From Octopus sinensis (taxonomy: Eukaryota): 64,000 nucleotides of DNA. A model generated the notes under the pieces. The model did no database searches. It saw nothing but the letters and a program-made list of their open reading frames with translations, and had not been told where the DNA came from. Below are positions 36,463 to 49,247 of the stretch, piece by piece. Each line of letters opens with the position of its first letter. The stretch's first letter is position 1. The translations under genes were made by a program, and so were the position numbers. The DNA is taken from assembly GCF_006345805.1 (NCBI RefSeq), contig NC_043007.1, positions 11,594,001 through 11,658,000 on the forward strand. The letters are read 5' to 3'.

Positions 36463-36870
36463 CTCTTTTACTTGTTTCAGTCATTTGACTGTGGCCATGC
36501 TGGAACACCGCCTTTAATCGAGCAACTCGACCCCGGGACTTATTCTTTTGTAAGCCCAGTACTTCTTCTATCGGTCTCTTTTGCCGAACTGCTAAGTGAC
36601 GGGGACGTAAACACACCAGCATCGGTTGTCAAGCAATGCTAGGGGACAAACACAGACACACAAAACACACACGCATATATATATATATATATATATACAT
36701 ATATATACGACAGGCTTCTTTCAGTTTCCGTCTACCAAATCCACTCACAAGGCTTTGGTCGGCCCGAGGCTATAGTAGAAGACACTTACCCAAGGTGCCA
36801 TGCAGTGGGACTGAACCCGGAACCATGTGGTTGGTAGACAAGCTACTTACCACACAGCCACTCCTGTGCC
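36461..36870 (-). mobile_element. SINE family A, full length
   Basis: Reverse-complement copy abutting the MITE end. Confidence 0.9.
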
Positions 36871-37044
36871 TAATAATTTCCTTTCTGTTGACTTGAGTCA
36901 TTTGACTAGTTGGGTCCTGAAGCACATTTGAGTGGATACTTCACAATTTTTATTTCTTTAGGGCAGTGATTCTCAGTCATTTTTTATTTATGGAGTTTTC
37001 TGGTTTTTATTTGATTCTGGTGGACCCCTATAGCCATTCAATGT

Positions 37045-37549
37045 TTAATCCTTTAACATTCAGATTTTTCTCTCAAATGTAATATTTATTCATTCACATT
37101 GTTTTAAATTAATCATGCACTATCTCGTAGCTTTGGGATTTAGGTTATGTGATTAATTATTCTTATTTACTGGCACTTGTACTGGTGTGCAGGTGACATG
37201 TAAAAAAAAAAACATGATTTATCATGACCGTTGCTAGTACCACCTGACTGGCCCTCGTGCTGGTGGCACGTAAAAGCACCCACTACACTCTTGAAGTGGT
37301 TGGTGTTAGGAAGGGCATCCAGCTGTAGAAACTCTGCCAAATCAAGATTGGAGATTGGTGAAGCCATCTGGTTCACTAATCCTCAGTCAAATCGTCCAAC
37401 CCATGCTAACATGGAAAGCAGACGTTAAACGATGATGATGATGAATGACATTATAGTATAAGTGTGAGAAACCAGATCAGCTTAGTTTGAACATGAAACA
37501 AGAAGAATATTTGGGTCAGGTATGGCAAGATTAAATGCTAAACGGTTAA
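37045..37549 (+). mobile_element. piggyBac-like MITE, subfamily 2, with a nested family E element (about 37170-37443)
   Basis: TTAA at both ends; homologous to 41684-41894 and 48044-48272. Confidence 0.75.
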
Positions 37550-37762
37550 AATGACAATGTTTAAAATGTCTTGAAATTCCTATATTGTTTTGCACATGTT
37601 CACTTGTATAAGTTTTCGACAGCACTCATTGAGAGAACATGCTTTAGTGACTGGAAACATGTTAAACTAAGTAAAACGTTAAAGAATGAAACCTTAGCTG
37701 TTTCTGGCAATAAATATATCTAGAAGCAAAATTTATTCATGAACTTTTTAGATGCTACTCTT

Positions 37763-37978
37763 GACTCTCTCTTTACTCTTTTACTTGTTTCAGTCATTTG
37801 ACTGCGGCCATGCTGGAGCACCGCCTTTAATCGAGCAACTCGACCCCGGGACTTATTCTTTTGTAAGCCCAGTACTTATTCTATCGGATCTCTTTTGCCG
37901 AACCGCTAAGTGACGGGGACATAAACACACCAGCATCAGTTGTCAAGCAATGCTAGGGGGACAAACACACAAACACAT

Positions 37979-38046
<68 letters not shown>

Positions 38047-38211
38047 TACGACAGGCTTCTTTCAGTTTCCGTCTACCAAATCCACTCACAAGGCTTTGGT
38101 CGGCCCGAGGCTATAGTAGAAGACACTTGCCCAAGGTGCCACGCAGTGAGACTGAACCCGGAACCATGTGGTTGGTAGACAAGCTACTTACCACACAGCC
38201 ACTCCTGTGCC
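37763..38211 (-). mobile_element. SINE family A, full length
   Basis: Very similar to 36461-36870. Confidence 0.9.
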
Positions 38212-38932
38212 TGCAGATTCCCAATGTATTATTTTTTTGTGTGGACCCCACAAAATTTTATATAGGTCCCCAGCAGTCATACGGACCCCATTTGAGAAGT
38301 ACTGCTGCTGTGAAGCATAATGAAGCTAGTATGGTAAGGAACATAGTATGGTAGGTTTTGTATGTGTTGATGTAATTTTTAATGAATTTGAAAGACGTGA
38401 AATATAGCTGGATGTTTTAAAAGGTATGTCAAACTGTCAGGTGTAAAATAACAAGGGGCAAAATAAAACAAAAAAATAAAAGCAGTTGTAATTTCATTTG
38501 CTGCTGGTGAGGTAGCCATTTTTTTTTTTTTTTAGTCAAATTGATGAGAAATGGTACAAAAAAAAGTAAAATTTCTTCTATCTGCTTTCTTTTTCCTTTG
38601 ATTATTTTGTGCCTTTTTTTGTTCAATGGTTATACTTTATTCTTTATGGGAATTGCAAATCTACTGATGACTACTAGTTAAATAAGATGACATTGATCTT
38701 TGCAGTGAACATAGCATAACTTTTTAAGAATGAGGAAAGCAGATGTAAAATGCCCTCTGGGAGAGATAGAGAGGTTAGCCAGTCAAAGGTTTGCAATTTT
38801 TGTTGATCTATAAATTCTAACTGTTGTGAATGGCATCATGTTAGGTTCTTAGTTCGGAGTACATTTTACAAACTAGCTGTCTATCTATAATTCCGAGCTG
38901 AAATGATATTGATAACCACTTTTGGGAATTCC

Positions 38933-39274
38933 ATATATATATATATATATGTGTGTATATAATACATACATATATCCATTTTGTGGTTATAAAATATATG
39001 TGTGTATAGATATATATATATGTATGTGTGTGTTTGTGTCTCTCTCTCTATATATATGGTATATATATATATATATATATGTGTGTGTATGTATATATAT
39101 ATGTGTGTGTGTATATATATGTATGTATATATATGTGTATATATATATGTGTGTATATATATATATATATGTGTGTGTATGTATATATATATGTGTGTGT
39201 ATATATATGTATGTATATATATGTGTATATATATATGTGTGTATATATATATATGTGTAATATATATATATATG

Positions 39275-39305
<31 letters not shown>

Positions 39306-40111
39306 GTCCAACCCATGCTAGCATGGAGAACGGACGTTAAACGACGATGATGATGATGATGATATGTATATATATGTGTATATTATATATATTATATATA
39401 TATATGTATATATATGTGTATATATATATTTATATATATATATGTATATATATATATATACATGCACATACATAGATAAATACATACACACACAAACGCA
39501 TATATATGGTACAAGTATTGACTTCAGCTGTTTTATGTTTTTATTTTCTGATGAGTACGTTTTTGTCTTCTAAGGTTTCGTATTAAACCGTGCAAGTTTA
39601 GACCCTTTGATGTGCTTGTGGCAGTTGAACTTGTTGACTTTTATTGATGCCCACATCGCCACATTGCAAAGTTGCTGTATATTTATCGGTTGACCTTCAG
39701 TAAAGGTTACCATATCTTAATCACCATTGGACCATTGGGACTCCAACTCTCAACTGTAACCAGCTACTTGCTTTCTGAAATGAAGAATTTCGCTAGAATT
39801 CTATAATTTCTGAAAGTAATATCAAATAATGGATACAATATATATATATATGTGTGTGTGTGTATATATATATATGTGTGTGTGTGTATATATATATATA
39901 TATGTGTGTATATATATATGTGTGTGTATATATGTCTATATATATATGTGTATATATATATGTGTATATATATATGTGTATATATATGTGTATATATATA
40001 TGTGTATATATATATGTGTATATATATATGTGTATATATATATGTATATATATATGTGTGTATGTATATATATATGTGTGTATATATATATATATGTGTC
40101 TATATATATAT

Positions 40112-40147
<36 letters not shown>

Positions 40148-40310
40148 GTATATATATATATATATATATGTGGTGTGTGTATATATATATGTGTATATAT
40201 ATGTGTGTGTGTATATATATATATGTGTATATATATGTGTGTGTGTATATATATATATATATATACACATTTACATATAGAGACAGGTAGGTAGGTAGAT
40301 CGATAGATAC

Positions 40311-40350
<40 letters not shown>
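38933..40350. repeat. Two long compound (TA)/(TG) microsatellite blocks flanking a unique island (about 39510-39835)
   Basis: Seen directly; an isolated RTE/E-type tail sits at about 39305-39363. Confidence 0.9.
39575..39595 (+). other. Candidate 21-nt microexon (xFRIKPCx)
   Basis: ttttgtcttctaag|GTTTCGTATTAAACCGTGCAA|gtttag; weak donor; open in phases 1 and 2. Confidence 0.2.
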
Positions 40351-40353
<3 letters not shown>

Positions 40354-40875
40354 TTCAGAAAAGTGAATTTAATTCTATGTGAAGATATTAACATATCTAA
40401 TTTTCCCTGATACACCATCTTCATAAAAGCCCCAAATTTCCATATTTTTTTTTTCCCGCTCTTCTATTTTTGACGCCATACCTTGTTGCTAACCAATGAA
40501 AAACCTGAATATTTATGATCTCATCTACCTTTTATCAAGACTACCAATTTGATCTTCCTTTTATCAAGACTTACCGTTCCATTTTTGATCTTTCTTTCAT
40601 CAAGACTACCATTCTGATCTACCTTTTATTTGACCTGCTATCTTTTTTCGGTGGGGAAGAAAGAAAAAAAAAGTTGCTTTTACAGTATCAAAGAAATTGC
40701 GTATATATGTATTGTATGGCTGATTGAATGTCTTCTTTTGATCTGTTTAAATATTCGGAGAACGGAACAATATAAGATTAAAATTTCAGAGAACAGAAAC
40801 AAATCAGTTTTTTGTTGTTGCTCTTTTTTGGTTTATCTTCTAAAATTTCACAAACTTTCATCTATGTTTGCGTAG

Positions 40876-40896
40876 GTTTGCTAAGTTAACAAATTT
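40876..40896 (+). other. Candidate 21-nt microexon (xFAKLTNx)
   Basis: AG-free pyrimidine tract of about 67 nt, tttgcgtag|GTTTGCTAAGTTAACAAATTT|gtacgt; open only in phase 2. Confidence 0.35.
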
Positions 40897-40956
40897 GTAC
40901 GTGATATTTTGGGATGAGATGTACTTTTTAGCAAGCAAGCATTTTGGTAAAATGTT

Positions 40957-41575
40957 CTTTTTTACTCTAGGCACAAGGCCTCAAATTTTGGGGAAGGATA
41001 GGCCAGTCGATTAAATCAATCCCAGTGCGTAACTGGTACTTAATTTATTGACCCCAAAAGGATGAAAGGCAAAATCAACCTCAGCGGAATTTGAACTCAG
41101 AACGTAAAGACAGATGAAGTACCTCTAAGCATTTCACTCAGCATGCTAAAGTTTCTTATTTCTTCATTGCCCACAAGGGACTAAACATAGAGGGAACAAA
41201 CAAGGACAGACAAATGGATTAAGTCAATTACATCGACCCCAGTGTGTAGCTGGTACTTAATTTATCAACCCCGAAAGGATGAAAGGCAAAGTCAAGCTCG
41301 ACAGAATTTGAACTCAGAATATAAAGACAGATGGAATACCTATTTTTTTTACTACCCACAAGGGGCTGAACACAAAGGGGACAAACAAAGACAGACAAAC
41401 GGGTTAAGTCGATTACATCGACCCCAGTGCGTAACTGGTACTTATTTAATCAACCCCAAAAGGATGAAAGAATAAAGTCGACCTCGACAGAATTAGAACT
41501 CAGAACGTAAAGACAGATGAAATACCACTAAACATTCCACCCAGCATGCTAAAGTTTCTGCCAGCTTGCTGCCTT
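40957..41575 (-). mobile_element. SINE family B trimer
   Basis: Same short-tail/long-tail/long-tail order as 24908-25521. Confidence 0.85.
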
Positions 41576-41683
41576 ATTTTGGTAAAATGTTAAAACCAAG
41601 ATTGGTATTTACATTTTTAATAGAATGGAATCTTGCCCATGGAAATAAACCAGTAACTATTGGCAGCTTGGGATTTTCTCACA

Positions 41684-41894
41684 TTAATTCGTTAGCATTC
41701 AGATTACTTATATACTAACATTGTTTTGAATTAATCATGCATTTTCTTGTACTTTTGTGATTTTGATGTTTGGAATGTTTCCTTTTACTATGACATTGTA
41801 GGGTAGGTGTGAAAGACCAGATTTGGCCTGTTTGAACATAAAACGGGTAGAATATTTTGGCCAGATATGATTGGTTTAAATGCTAAATAGTTAA
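41684..41894 (+). mobile_element. piggyBac-like MITE, subfamily 2 (degenerate)
   Basis: TTAA ends; ttagcattcagattac..tttaaatgctaaa. Confidence 0.7.
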
Positions 41895-41900
41895 ACGTAT

Positions 41901-42535
41901 AGGCACTGGCATGGCTGTGTGGTAAGTAGCTTGCTTACCAATCACATGATTCTGGGTTCAGTCCCACTGCATGGCACCTTGGGCAAGTGTCTTCTACTAT
42001 AACCTTGGGCTGGCCAAAGCCTTGTGAGTGGATTTGGTTGACGGAAACTAAAAGAAACCTGTCGTGTATATTTGTGTCTGTGTGTGTCCCACTATCGCTT
42101 GACAACCAATGTTAGTGTGTATACATCCCGTAACTTAGCAGTTTGGTAAAAGAGTCCGATAGAATAAGTCTGTTCTTGTTTGTCCCCTCTATGTTTAGCC
42201 CCCTGTGGACAATAAAGAAATATATGTGTGTGTATATATATATATGTGGTGTGTGTGTGTGTGTATATATATATACACACATATGTATGTACCTTTGTGT
42301 GCATGTCTTTGTGCCTGTTTTTGTACTGCAGTACCTCTTGACAACCAGTGTTGGTGTGTTTACATCCCTGTAACTTAGCAGTTCAGTAATAGAGACCAGC
42401 AGAATAAGTAACAAGCTTAAAAAAATACAAAACAAGTACTGCGGTGGGGTGGGGTGGGGGTCGATTCATCCAACTAAAATTTCTTTGAGGTGGTACTCCA
42501 GCTAGGACACAGTCTAATGATTAAGAAACAAGTAA
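41901..42535 (+). mobile_element. SINE A copy plus B and A fragments
   Basis: A head at 41901, switch to a B tail at about 42170, second A tail at about 42330-42535. Confidence 0.7.
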
Positions 42536-42823
42536 AACATGTCTCGCTTTACCGATTGAAAATAAGAGCCTTCTGAACTTTGTATATGTAGAACCATATG
42601 TGATGTAGTGGTGGCGGGATGGAGGTGGCGGCGCGGTGGTGGGGGTGGGGTTTGGCGATGGTGGTGGTTTTTCTTTTTATTATCTAACATTGTTAGTAAT
42701 ACCATTAAGAATACTCCAACTCCATTTAGTTTATGCTTGGCTGGGAAAGGAATGTATGGAAACTATGCATTCGTGAAAGAGGCATGGTCTTTAAAATAAA
42801 TTCATTGTTTAATACAAAAACTC

Positions 42824-42903
42824 CTGACTTACAAACACATTAAGACCTCATTTACAATGATGATGATGATCATGATAATGATAATGACTCTCCTACTCAT
42901 CAT

Positions 42904-42939
<36 letters not shown>

Positions 42940-43033
42940 GGTCGGGTTTTATATATTTACAGTGTAACGTATCATAGTCTTTTCTGAGGGGACTGATTAT
43001 TGTAAATGAGGTCTTAATGTGTTTGTAAGTCAG
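42824..43033. repeat. Fold-back with about 35-bp arms extended by (ATG)n/(CAT)n
   Basis: ctgacttacaaacacattaagacctcatttacaat / attgtaaatgaggtcttaatgtgtttgtaagtcag. Confidence 0.85.
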
Positions 43034-43558
43034 CAGTGCATAACTGGTACTTATTTTATTGACCCCAAAAGGCAGAAAGACAAAGTCGACCTCGGCGGAA
43101 TTTGAACTCAGATCGTAGTGACAGGCGAAATACCGCTTAGCATATCATCCAACGCGCTAACGATTCTGCCAGCTCACCGCCTTAAATAGTCTTTTCTACT
43201 CTAGGTACAAGGCCCGAAATTTAGCGGGAGGTAGGGGCCAGTCGATTAGATCTACCTCAGTATGCAACTGGTACTTAATTTATTGATCCTGTGCTGGTGG
43301 CATGTAAAAAGCACGTTAGGAAGGGCATCCAGCCGTGGAAACATTGCCAGATCAGATTGGAGCCAGGTGCAGCCACTGGCTCTCCAGACCTCAGTCAAAC
43401 CGTCCAACCCATGTCAGAATGGAAAAGGACGTTAAACAATGATGATGATGATGAAGAAGTACTGGCATTGATTTCTTCAATTAACACCTATCAAAGCATT
43501 GCCCTCCACCCCCACAGCATGGCTGCAGTCCAATGAACGAAATAAACAAAAGATAAAA

Positions 43559-43963
43559 TCTTTATATATAAAAGAGAGGTTGTGTGCTGTCTGTCTCCTA
43601 CGATTTAGATTCCTAACTACTCCCACATTTTGCGGTGCAGTTTAACCAAAACCGGGTATCTTATAGTCGTGATTCATATCGAGCCCTTCTGGGTATTAGC
43701 GTGCGTCTACGATGAGTCTACGATTTAAAAAAAAAATTTGCCATCAATTTTTCCCATTTTTAATGCATTTTTTTCGCTATTATATAAGGGAAGTAACTCT
43801 TCAAAAATTTATTATTAAATCTCAGAATGTAAAAAGCTACAGTAACACCCTCCCCCCCTTTGTGGTTAGCCATATTGAGATGGCTATTATACTTTACATC
43901 TCTAAAAATGCTTATATAGTTATTTCCCTTACAAACCCGAGCAATGCCGGGCGATACTGCTAG
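43559..43963 (+). mobile_element. Non-autonomous Helitron, second subfamily
   Basis: A|TC start, CTAG|T end; last 33 nt almost identical to the end of 6668-7060, body different. Confidence 0.85.
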
Positions 43964-44217
43964 TATTACATAAAATTCATACGAGGTGAATAAGGTCTGC
44001 ACTTCACATCTGTGTTATTGTTTAGTCCTGCTTCAGCAGATTGTGATGAAAAGCATTCTTCTAACCGGGTTATTTCTTTTCCTTGACTTTCCCTTTTGTT
44101 TTGTTTTTTTGTTTTTTGTATTTTTTTTGTTTTTGTTTTTTTGTCTGTGACTTTTGTTCTCATGTCTGTCTGAACACACAACCTCTTCTTAAAAACCTGC
44201 CATTCTCTGCATCAAAG

Positions 44218-44254
44218 GGCCGGACGGACAGACTGCCTGTGAAAATCTCACCAA
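44218..44254 (+). other. Candidate small exon behind a distant branch point
   Basis: TTCTAAC at about 44059, AG-free T-rich zone of about 160 nt, TGC motifs, aaag|GGCCGGACGG..; donors possible after 21 nt (gtgaaa), 37 nt or 39 nt (gtgtgt). Confidence 0.4.
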
Positions 44255-44449
44255 GTGTGTGTGTATTTAAATACAACTATATACTATATTCCTGTATTCT
44301 TACTCTCCAACAGTTCCTGCTTTATCTAGATCATAATTGTGAATGTTGTTGTTATTATTGTTGTTATTGCTGTTGTTATTGTTATTATTATAGTTGTTGT
44401 ACATTAATTTCTGATGGTCGGCTTTCTCACATCTTCCTGTTCATTGACG

Positions 44450-44910
44450 TATATATACATACACACACACACACACATGTATATATATGTATATATATGT
44501 ATATATATGTATATATATATATGTATATATATGTATATATATATATATGTATATATGCATATGTATATATTATATATGTATATATACGTATATGTATATC
44601 TGTATATATGTATATGTATATCTGTATATATGTATATGTATATATATATATGTGTATATGTATATCTGTATATGTATATATGTATATGTATATATGTATG
44701 TATGTATATGTATGTATATATATATGTATATGTATGTATGTATATATGTGTATTTATATGTATATATATATGTATACATATGTGTATATATATGTATATA
44801 TATGTGTATATATATATATGTATATATATACATATAAATATATGCACATGTCTATATGCACATAAATATACATACTTTACACACACACACACACACAGGC
44901 ATACACACAC
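44450..44910. repeat. Compound (TA)/(TG)/(CA) microsatellite
   Basis: Seen directly. Confidence 0.95.
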
Positions 44911-44926
44911 ATCTATATGTTGATAG

Positions 44927-44956
44927 ATCCATGACGACTGACTACAAACAGTTGCA
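44927..44956 (+). other. Candidate 30-nt microexon ([11 protein letters not shown])
   Basis: gatag|ATCCATGACGACTGACTACAAACAGTTGCA|gttagt; open only in phase 2; poor pyrimidine tract. Confidence 0.2.
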
Positions 44957-45498
44957 GTTAGTATCTGATATCTCCAGACAATGTCCTTTGTTGGACATAC
45001 ATAGATTTTCTCTCCAGTTTCCCCTCTTCCTTTTCCTCTTTCTACAGTACTTTTCTCCCCCCCCCCCATGCTGGACATTGTGTCTTAGTCTATCCATTTA
45101 CACGGCTACTTCTTTATTGCAAACTTTCGCACCATTTTGCTCTACGACCGAAGCTGTACTGACACCATGACATTGCTTTATCTGTCTGACATTGCTGTAT
45201 ACATGTATACATGCATATACATGTATAAATGCACATGTGTATGTGTTTATGTCTGTACGTATATGTGTATTGAATTTAGCTTTCTTCTCAGAGTTGCTTA
45301 AACTAGGATTGTTCAGACGTTATGATCGTCTTTATTAAGTGTTTGTTTAGAAATGCAAAGCAGAATAAACACACTAAAAACCACTTATTTTTTCTGGATT
45401 GTGTTAATTGCTGTTTTTGCCATGCGGTAACCGTTACTATTGAATTACTAGGTTGCATAAACTCTTACTTACTCTTACTTACACACCCACCCCATTCA

Positions 45499-45536
<38 letters not shown>

Positions 45537-45697
45537 GTGTTGTTTCTAATATAGGCTTAAGGCCAGCAGTTTTGAAGGGAGAAGGCTAGTTGATAACTTC
45601 AGCCCAAATACTTGACCTTATTTCATTAACCCTTAAAGGTTGCTGGCAGCTTAAGATCACCCTGGCAAGATTTGAACTTAGAAAGTAGAGTATTGTA

Positions 45698-46106
45698 TAC
45701 TCTTTTACTCTTTTACTCGTTTCAGTCATTTGACTGTGGCCATGCTGGAGCACCGCCTTTAGTTGACCAAATTGACCCCAAGACTTATTCTTTGTAAACC
45801 TAGTACTTATTCTATCGGGCTCTTTTGCCGAACCACTAAGTTACGGGGACGTAAACAAACCAGCATTAGTTGTCAAGCAACGTTGGGGGACAAACACAGA
45901 CACACAAACATATACACACACATACATATATATACATATACATATATATGACGGGCTTCTTTTAGTTTCCGTCTACCAAATCCACTCACAAGGCTTTGGT
46001 CGGCCCGAGGCCATAGAAGAAGACACCTGCCCAAGGTGCCTCGCAGTGGGACTGAACCCGGAACCATGTGGCTGGTAAGCAAGTTACTTACCACACAGCC
46101 ACTCCT
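45698..46106 (-). mobile_element. SINE family A, full length
   Basis: Reverse-complement copy. Confidence 0.9.
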
Positions 46107-46395
46107 TCACCTGTATCTAGATATTGCAAAGCATTATGTTTGATGCTGTATGATTCTGTCAGTCCAATGAGAATCATCATCATCGTCTCATCATCATCAT
46201 CATTTAACTTCCGCTTTCCATACTGGTATGGGTTGGACAGTTTGACATAGAGCTGGCTAGGAGGGAGCTGTCCGGACTTCAGCTGTCTGTTGAGGCATTG
46301 GCTTCTATGGCTGGATGCTCCTCCCAATGCTGACCATTTAACGGAGTGTGTTGGGTGCTCCTGGCATGGGTGTGTTTGTGCCGCACCGGCAGTAA

Positions 46396-46875
46396 AGGCG
46401 TAATGGCCCAGTGGTTAGGGCAGTGGACTCGCGGTTGGAGGATCGCAGTTTCGATTCTCAGACCAGGCGTTGTGTGTGTTTATTGAGCAAAAACACCTAA
46501 AGCTCCTCGAGGCTCCAGCAGGGGGTAGTGGCGACCCCTGTTGTACTATTTCGCCCCAACTTTCTCTCACTCTTTCTTCCTGTTTCTTGTCCCCGACTTC
46601 CTACACAACCGCTGAACCTGGATGCGCATTCATCCGTCCGTCGATGCTCTCGGTGCCAGGGGTTGACCTGCTTTCTCTTCTGCGGGTCTTACGAATAGCA
46701 AAGGACCACGTTTTGGACTTCTCCCATCTTGCGAGCTCTGGGACGAAGACCGTTCGCTCAATAGCAACAGCAGCACTGGCAACATGTGCACTGATGCAAC
46801 ACTGGCTTGGCTGCTTTTTAAGTGACACCAATACCTGGAAAGACAAGTCTGTATGTGTGGAAGACAGTGATTTTA
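46396..46875 (+). mobile_element. SINE family C head joined to a GC-rich unassigned segment
   Basis: Matches 7958-8160 up to about 46590, then diverges into about 285 bp not seen elsewhere in the window. Confidence 0.6.
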
Positions 46876-47645
46876 CTTAGCTTGACGTAATGAAATTAGA
46901 ATGAGAGAAGAAACAATTAAAATGATAGGCAGGAATTGATTAATCATGTAACAGTGCGTGAATTTTGGTAAACAGAAACTGAAAGAAGTCCATTGTATAT
47001 ATACATATTGTGTGTGTGTATATGTTTGTCCCCCACCACTGCTTGGCAACCGTATATGTATGTATGTATATAATTTCATGTTCTTATTTCGTCTGCCGTT
47101 AAGTTCTGAGTTTAAATTCTGCCGAGGTCGACTTTGCCTTTCATCCTTTCGGGGTTCGATAAATTAAGTACCAGTTATACTCTGGGGTCAATGTAATCGA
47201 CTTAATCTCCTTGTCTGTCCTTGTTTGTCCCCTCTATGTTTATCCCCTTGTGGGCAATAAAGAAATAAGAAGCTTGCTTCCCAACCACGTGGTTCTAGGT
47301 TTAGTCCCACTACATGGCACCTTGGGCAAATGTCTTCTACTATGGCCTCAGACATACCAAAGCCTTGTAAGTGGATCTGGTAGCCGAAACTGAAAGAAGT
47401 AAATGTATATGCATGTATATATATAATCAAAATAAGCAACAAGGATATCCAAGGTAGAGTAGTACAATTGTTTCATGCTACTTCATTTTATTAAACACTG
47501 AAGTAGCATGAAACAATGGTACTTGTTTTGATTATAGTCACCCCATTTGATTTATATGGATAATACCATACAAATTTCTTGTGCCTTTAACTTAAGTACC
47601 ATATTCATCTGAATCTAAATTTTGATGAACTTATATATATATATG

Positions 47646-47686
<41 letters not shown>

Positions 47687-48043
47687 CTGTCTTTATGTTT
47701 GTCCCCACTACCACTTGACGACCGGTGTTGGTGTGCTTATGTCCCCATAATGTAGTGGTTTGGCAAAAGAGAATGATAGAATAAGCACCAGGCTTAAAAA
47801 CAAATAAGAACTGAGGTCTATTCATTTGACAAAAACATTCTTGAAGGTGGTGCAATGAATATAAAAAAATGTATGAATGTAAAAGAGTCCACAATAAAAG
47901 TTTTAAAAATACATTAATTAACCTTATAAGCTATCTGTTTGTTGCTTGTTTAACTTTTATTTTATTAGAGAAAAAAATGTTTAACCAGGTTTTGTTTATA
48001 AAAAAAATTAGGTTGAAGTTGGATTCATATTATGTAAAACAGT

Positions 48044-48272
48044 TTAACCCTTTAGTATTCAGATTACTCTGTTAAATGTAAGACTTTTTACACTCGAATC
48101 GTTTTGAATTAATCATACATTATCTTATAGCTTTGAAGTTTCAATGGTATGATAGTTTATTCTTAAAATGTCAATGTAGGTTAGGTGTGAGAGGCTAAAT
48201 ATGGCCAGTTTGAATGTAAAAACATGTAGGATATTTGGGCCGGATATGGCCGGCTTAAACACAAAGGGTTAA
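48044..48272 (+). mobile_element. piggyBac-like MITE, subfamily 2
   Basis: TTAA-CCCTTT ... AAAGGG-TTAA. Confidence 0.85.
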
Positions 48273-48544
48273 ATAAGTTTTTCTGAAACAAGAAGACATG
48301 TGAATGGCAATTGTAGCAGAGCAGATCACTATGTGGCAAAACTGGTGTTAAATTATAAATGAAATGGGTGAACATGAAATGAAAGATTACACTGTTGTTA
48401 AATTCAGTTATAAACTGAACTGAACAAATTTATAATTTTTGACAAAGGAGAAAACAACAGAAGAAATGTATGTCAAAATATACTGAAGAATATACAGAAG
48501 AAATATATGTCTAGTAAGACCACACCCTCTGTCTTTGAATGATG

Positions 48545-48577
<33 letters not shown>

Positions 48578-48689
48578 CAACTCATGCCAGCATGAAACAG
48601 CTAAATTTAAAAGCTACACACACACTCACTCATATCAGTGTGTGTGTGTTGGTGTGTGATTGCATATATAAGTATGTATATATATGTAT

Positions 48690-48910
48690 ATAGATAGATA
48701 GATAGGTAGGTAGGTAGGTAGGTAGATAGATAGGTAGGTAGGTAGGTAGATAGATAGATAGGTAGGTAGGTAGGTAGGTAGATAGATAGATTAGGTAGGT
48801 AGGTAGATAGATAGATTAGGTAGGTAGTAGGTAGATAGATAGATAGATAGATTAGATAGATAGGTATGGTAGGTAGGTAGATAGATAGATTAGGTAGGTA
48901 GGTAGGTATA
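48690..48910. repeat. (TAGA)n/(TAGG)n tetranucleotide array
   Basis: Seen directly. Confidence 0.95.
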
Positions 48911-49247
48911 AATAGAAGCTTGTATAATAATTAGGTGTATGTATGTATATATTCGTGTGAATATATATATATATATCTGTAGGTATATTTATGAAAATGT
49001 ATATGTATATATATTTGTATTATATATATGTGTATATTTGTGTGTTATATGTAATTACTGGTGTCAATTCATTTGACTAAAATTCTTCCAGGCATGACCA
49101 TAGTCTAATGATTGAAACAAGTTAAAAATAAAAGATGTATATATATATATATATATATAAAGTTAATCCAAACAAGAAAACACAAAAAAAACACAGCAAC
49201 GCGAGGACATGGAACAAATAAAGTATTATTGGACATATATATATATA

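Larger units (their letters stand above)
36964..38304 (-). mobile_element. hAT-like MITE split by nested insertions
   Basis: Ends CAGTGATTCTCA and TTGAGAAGTACTG; terminal segments match the reverse complement of 2906-3701. Confidence 0.65.
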
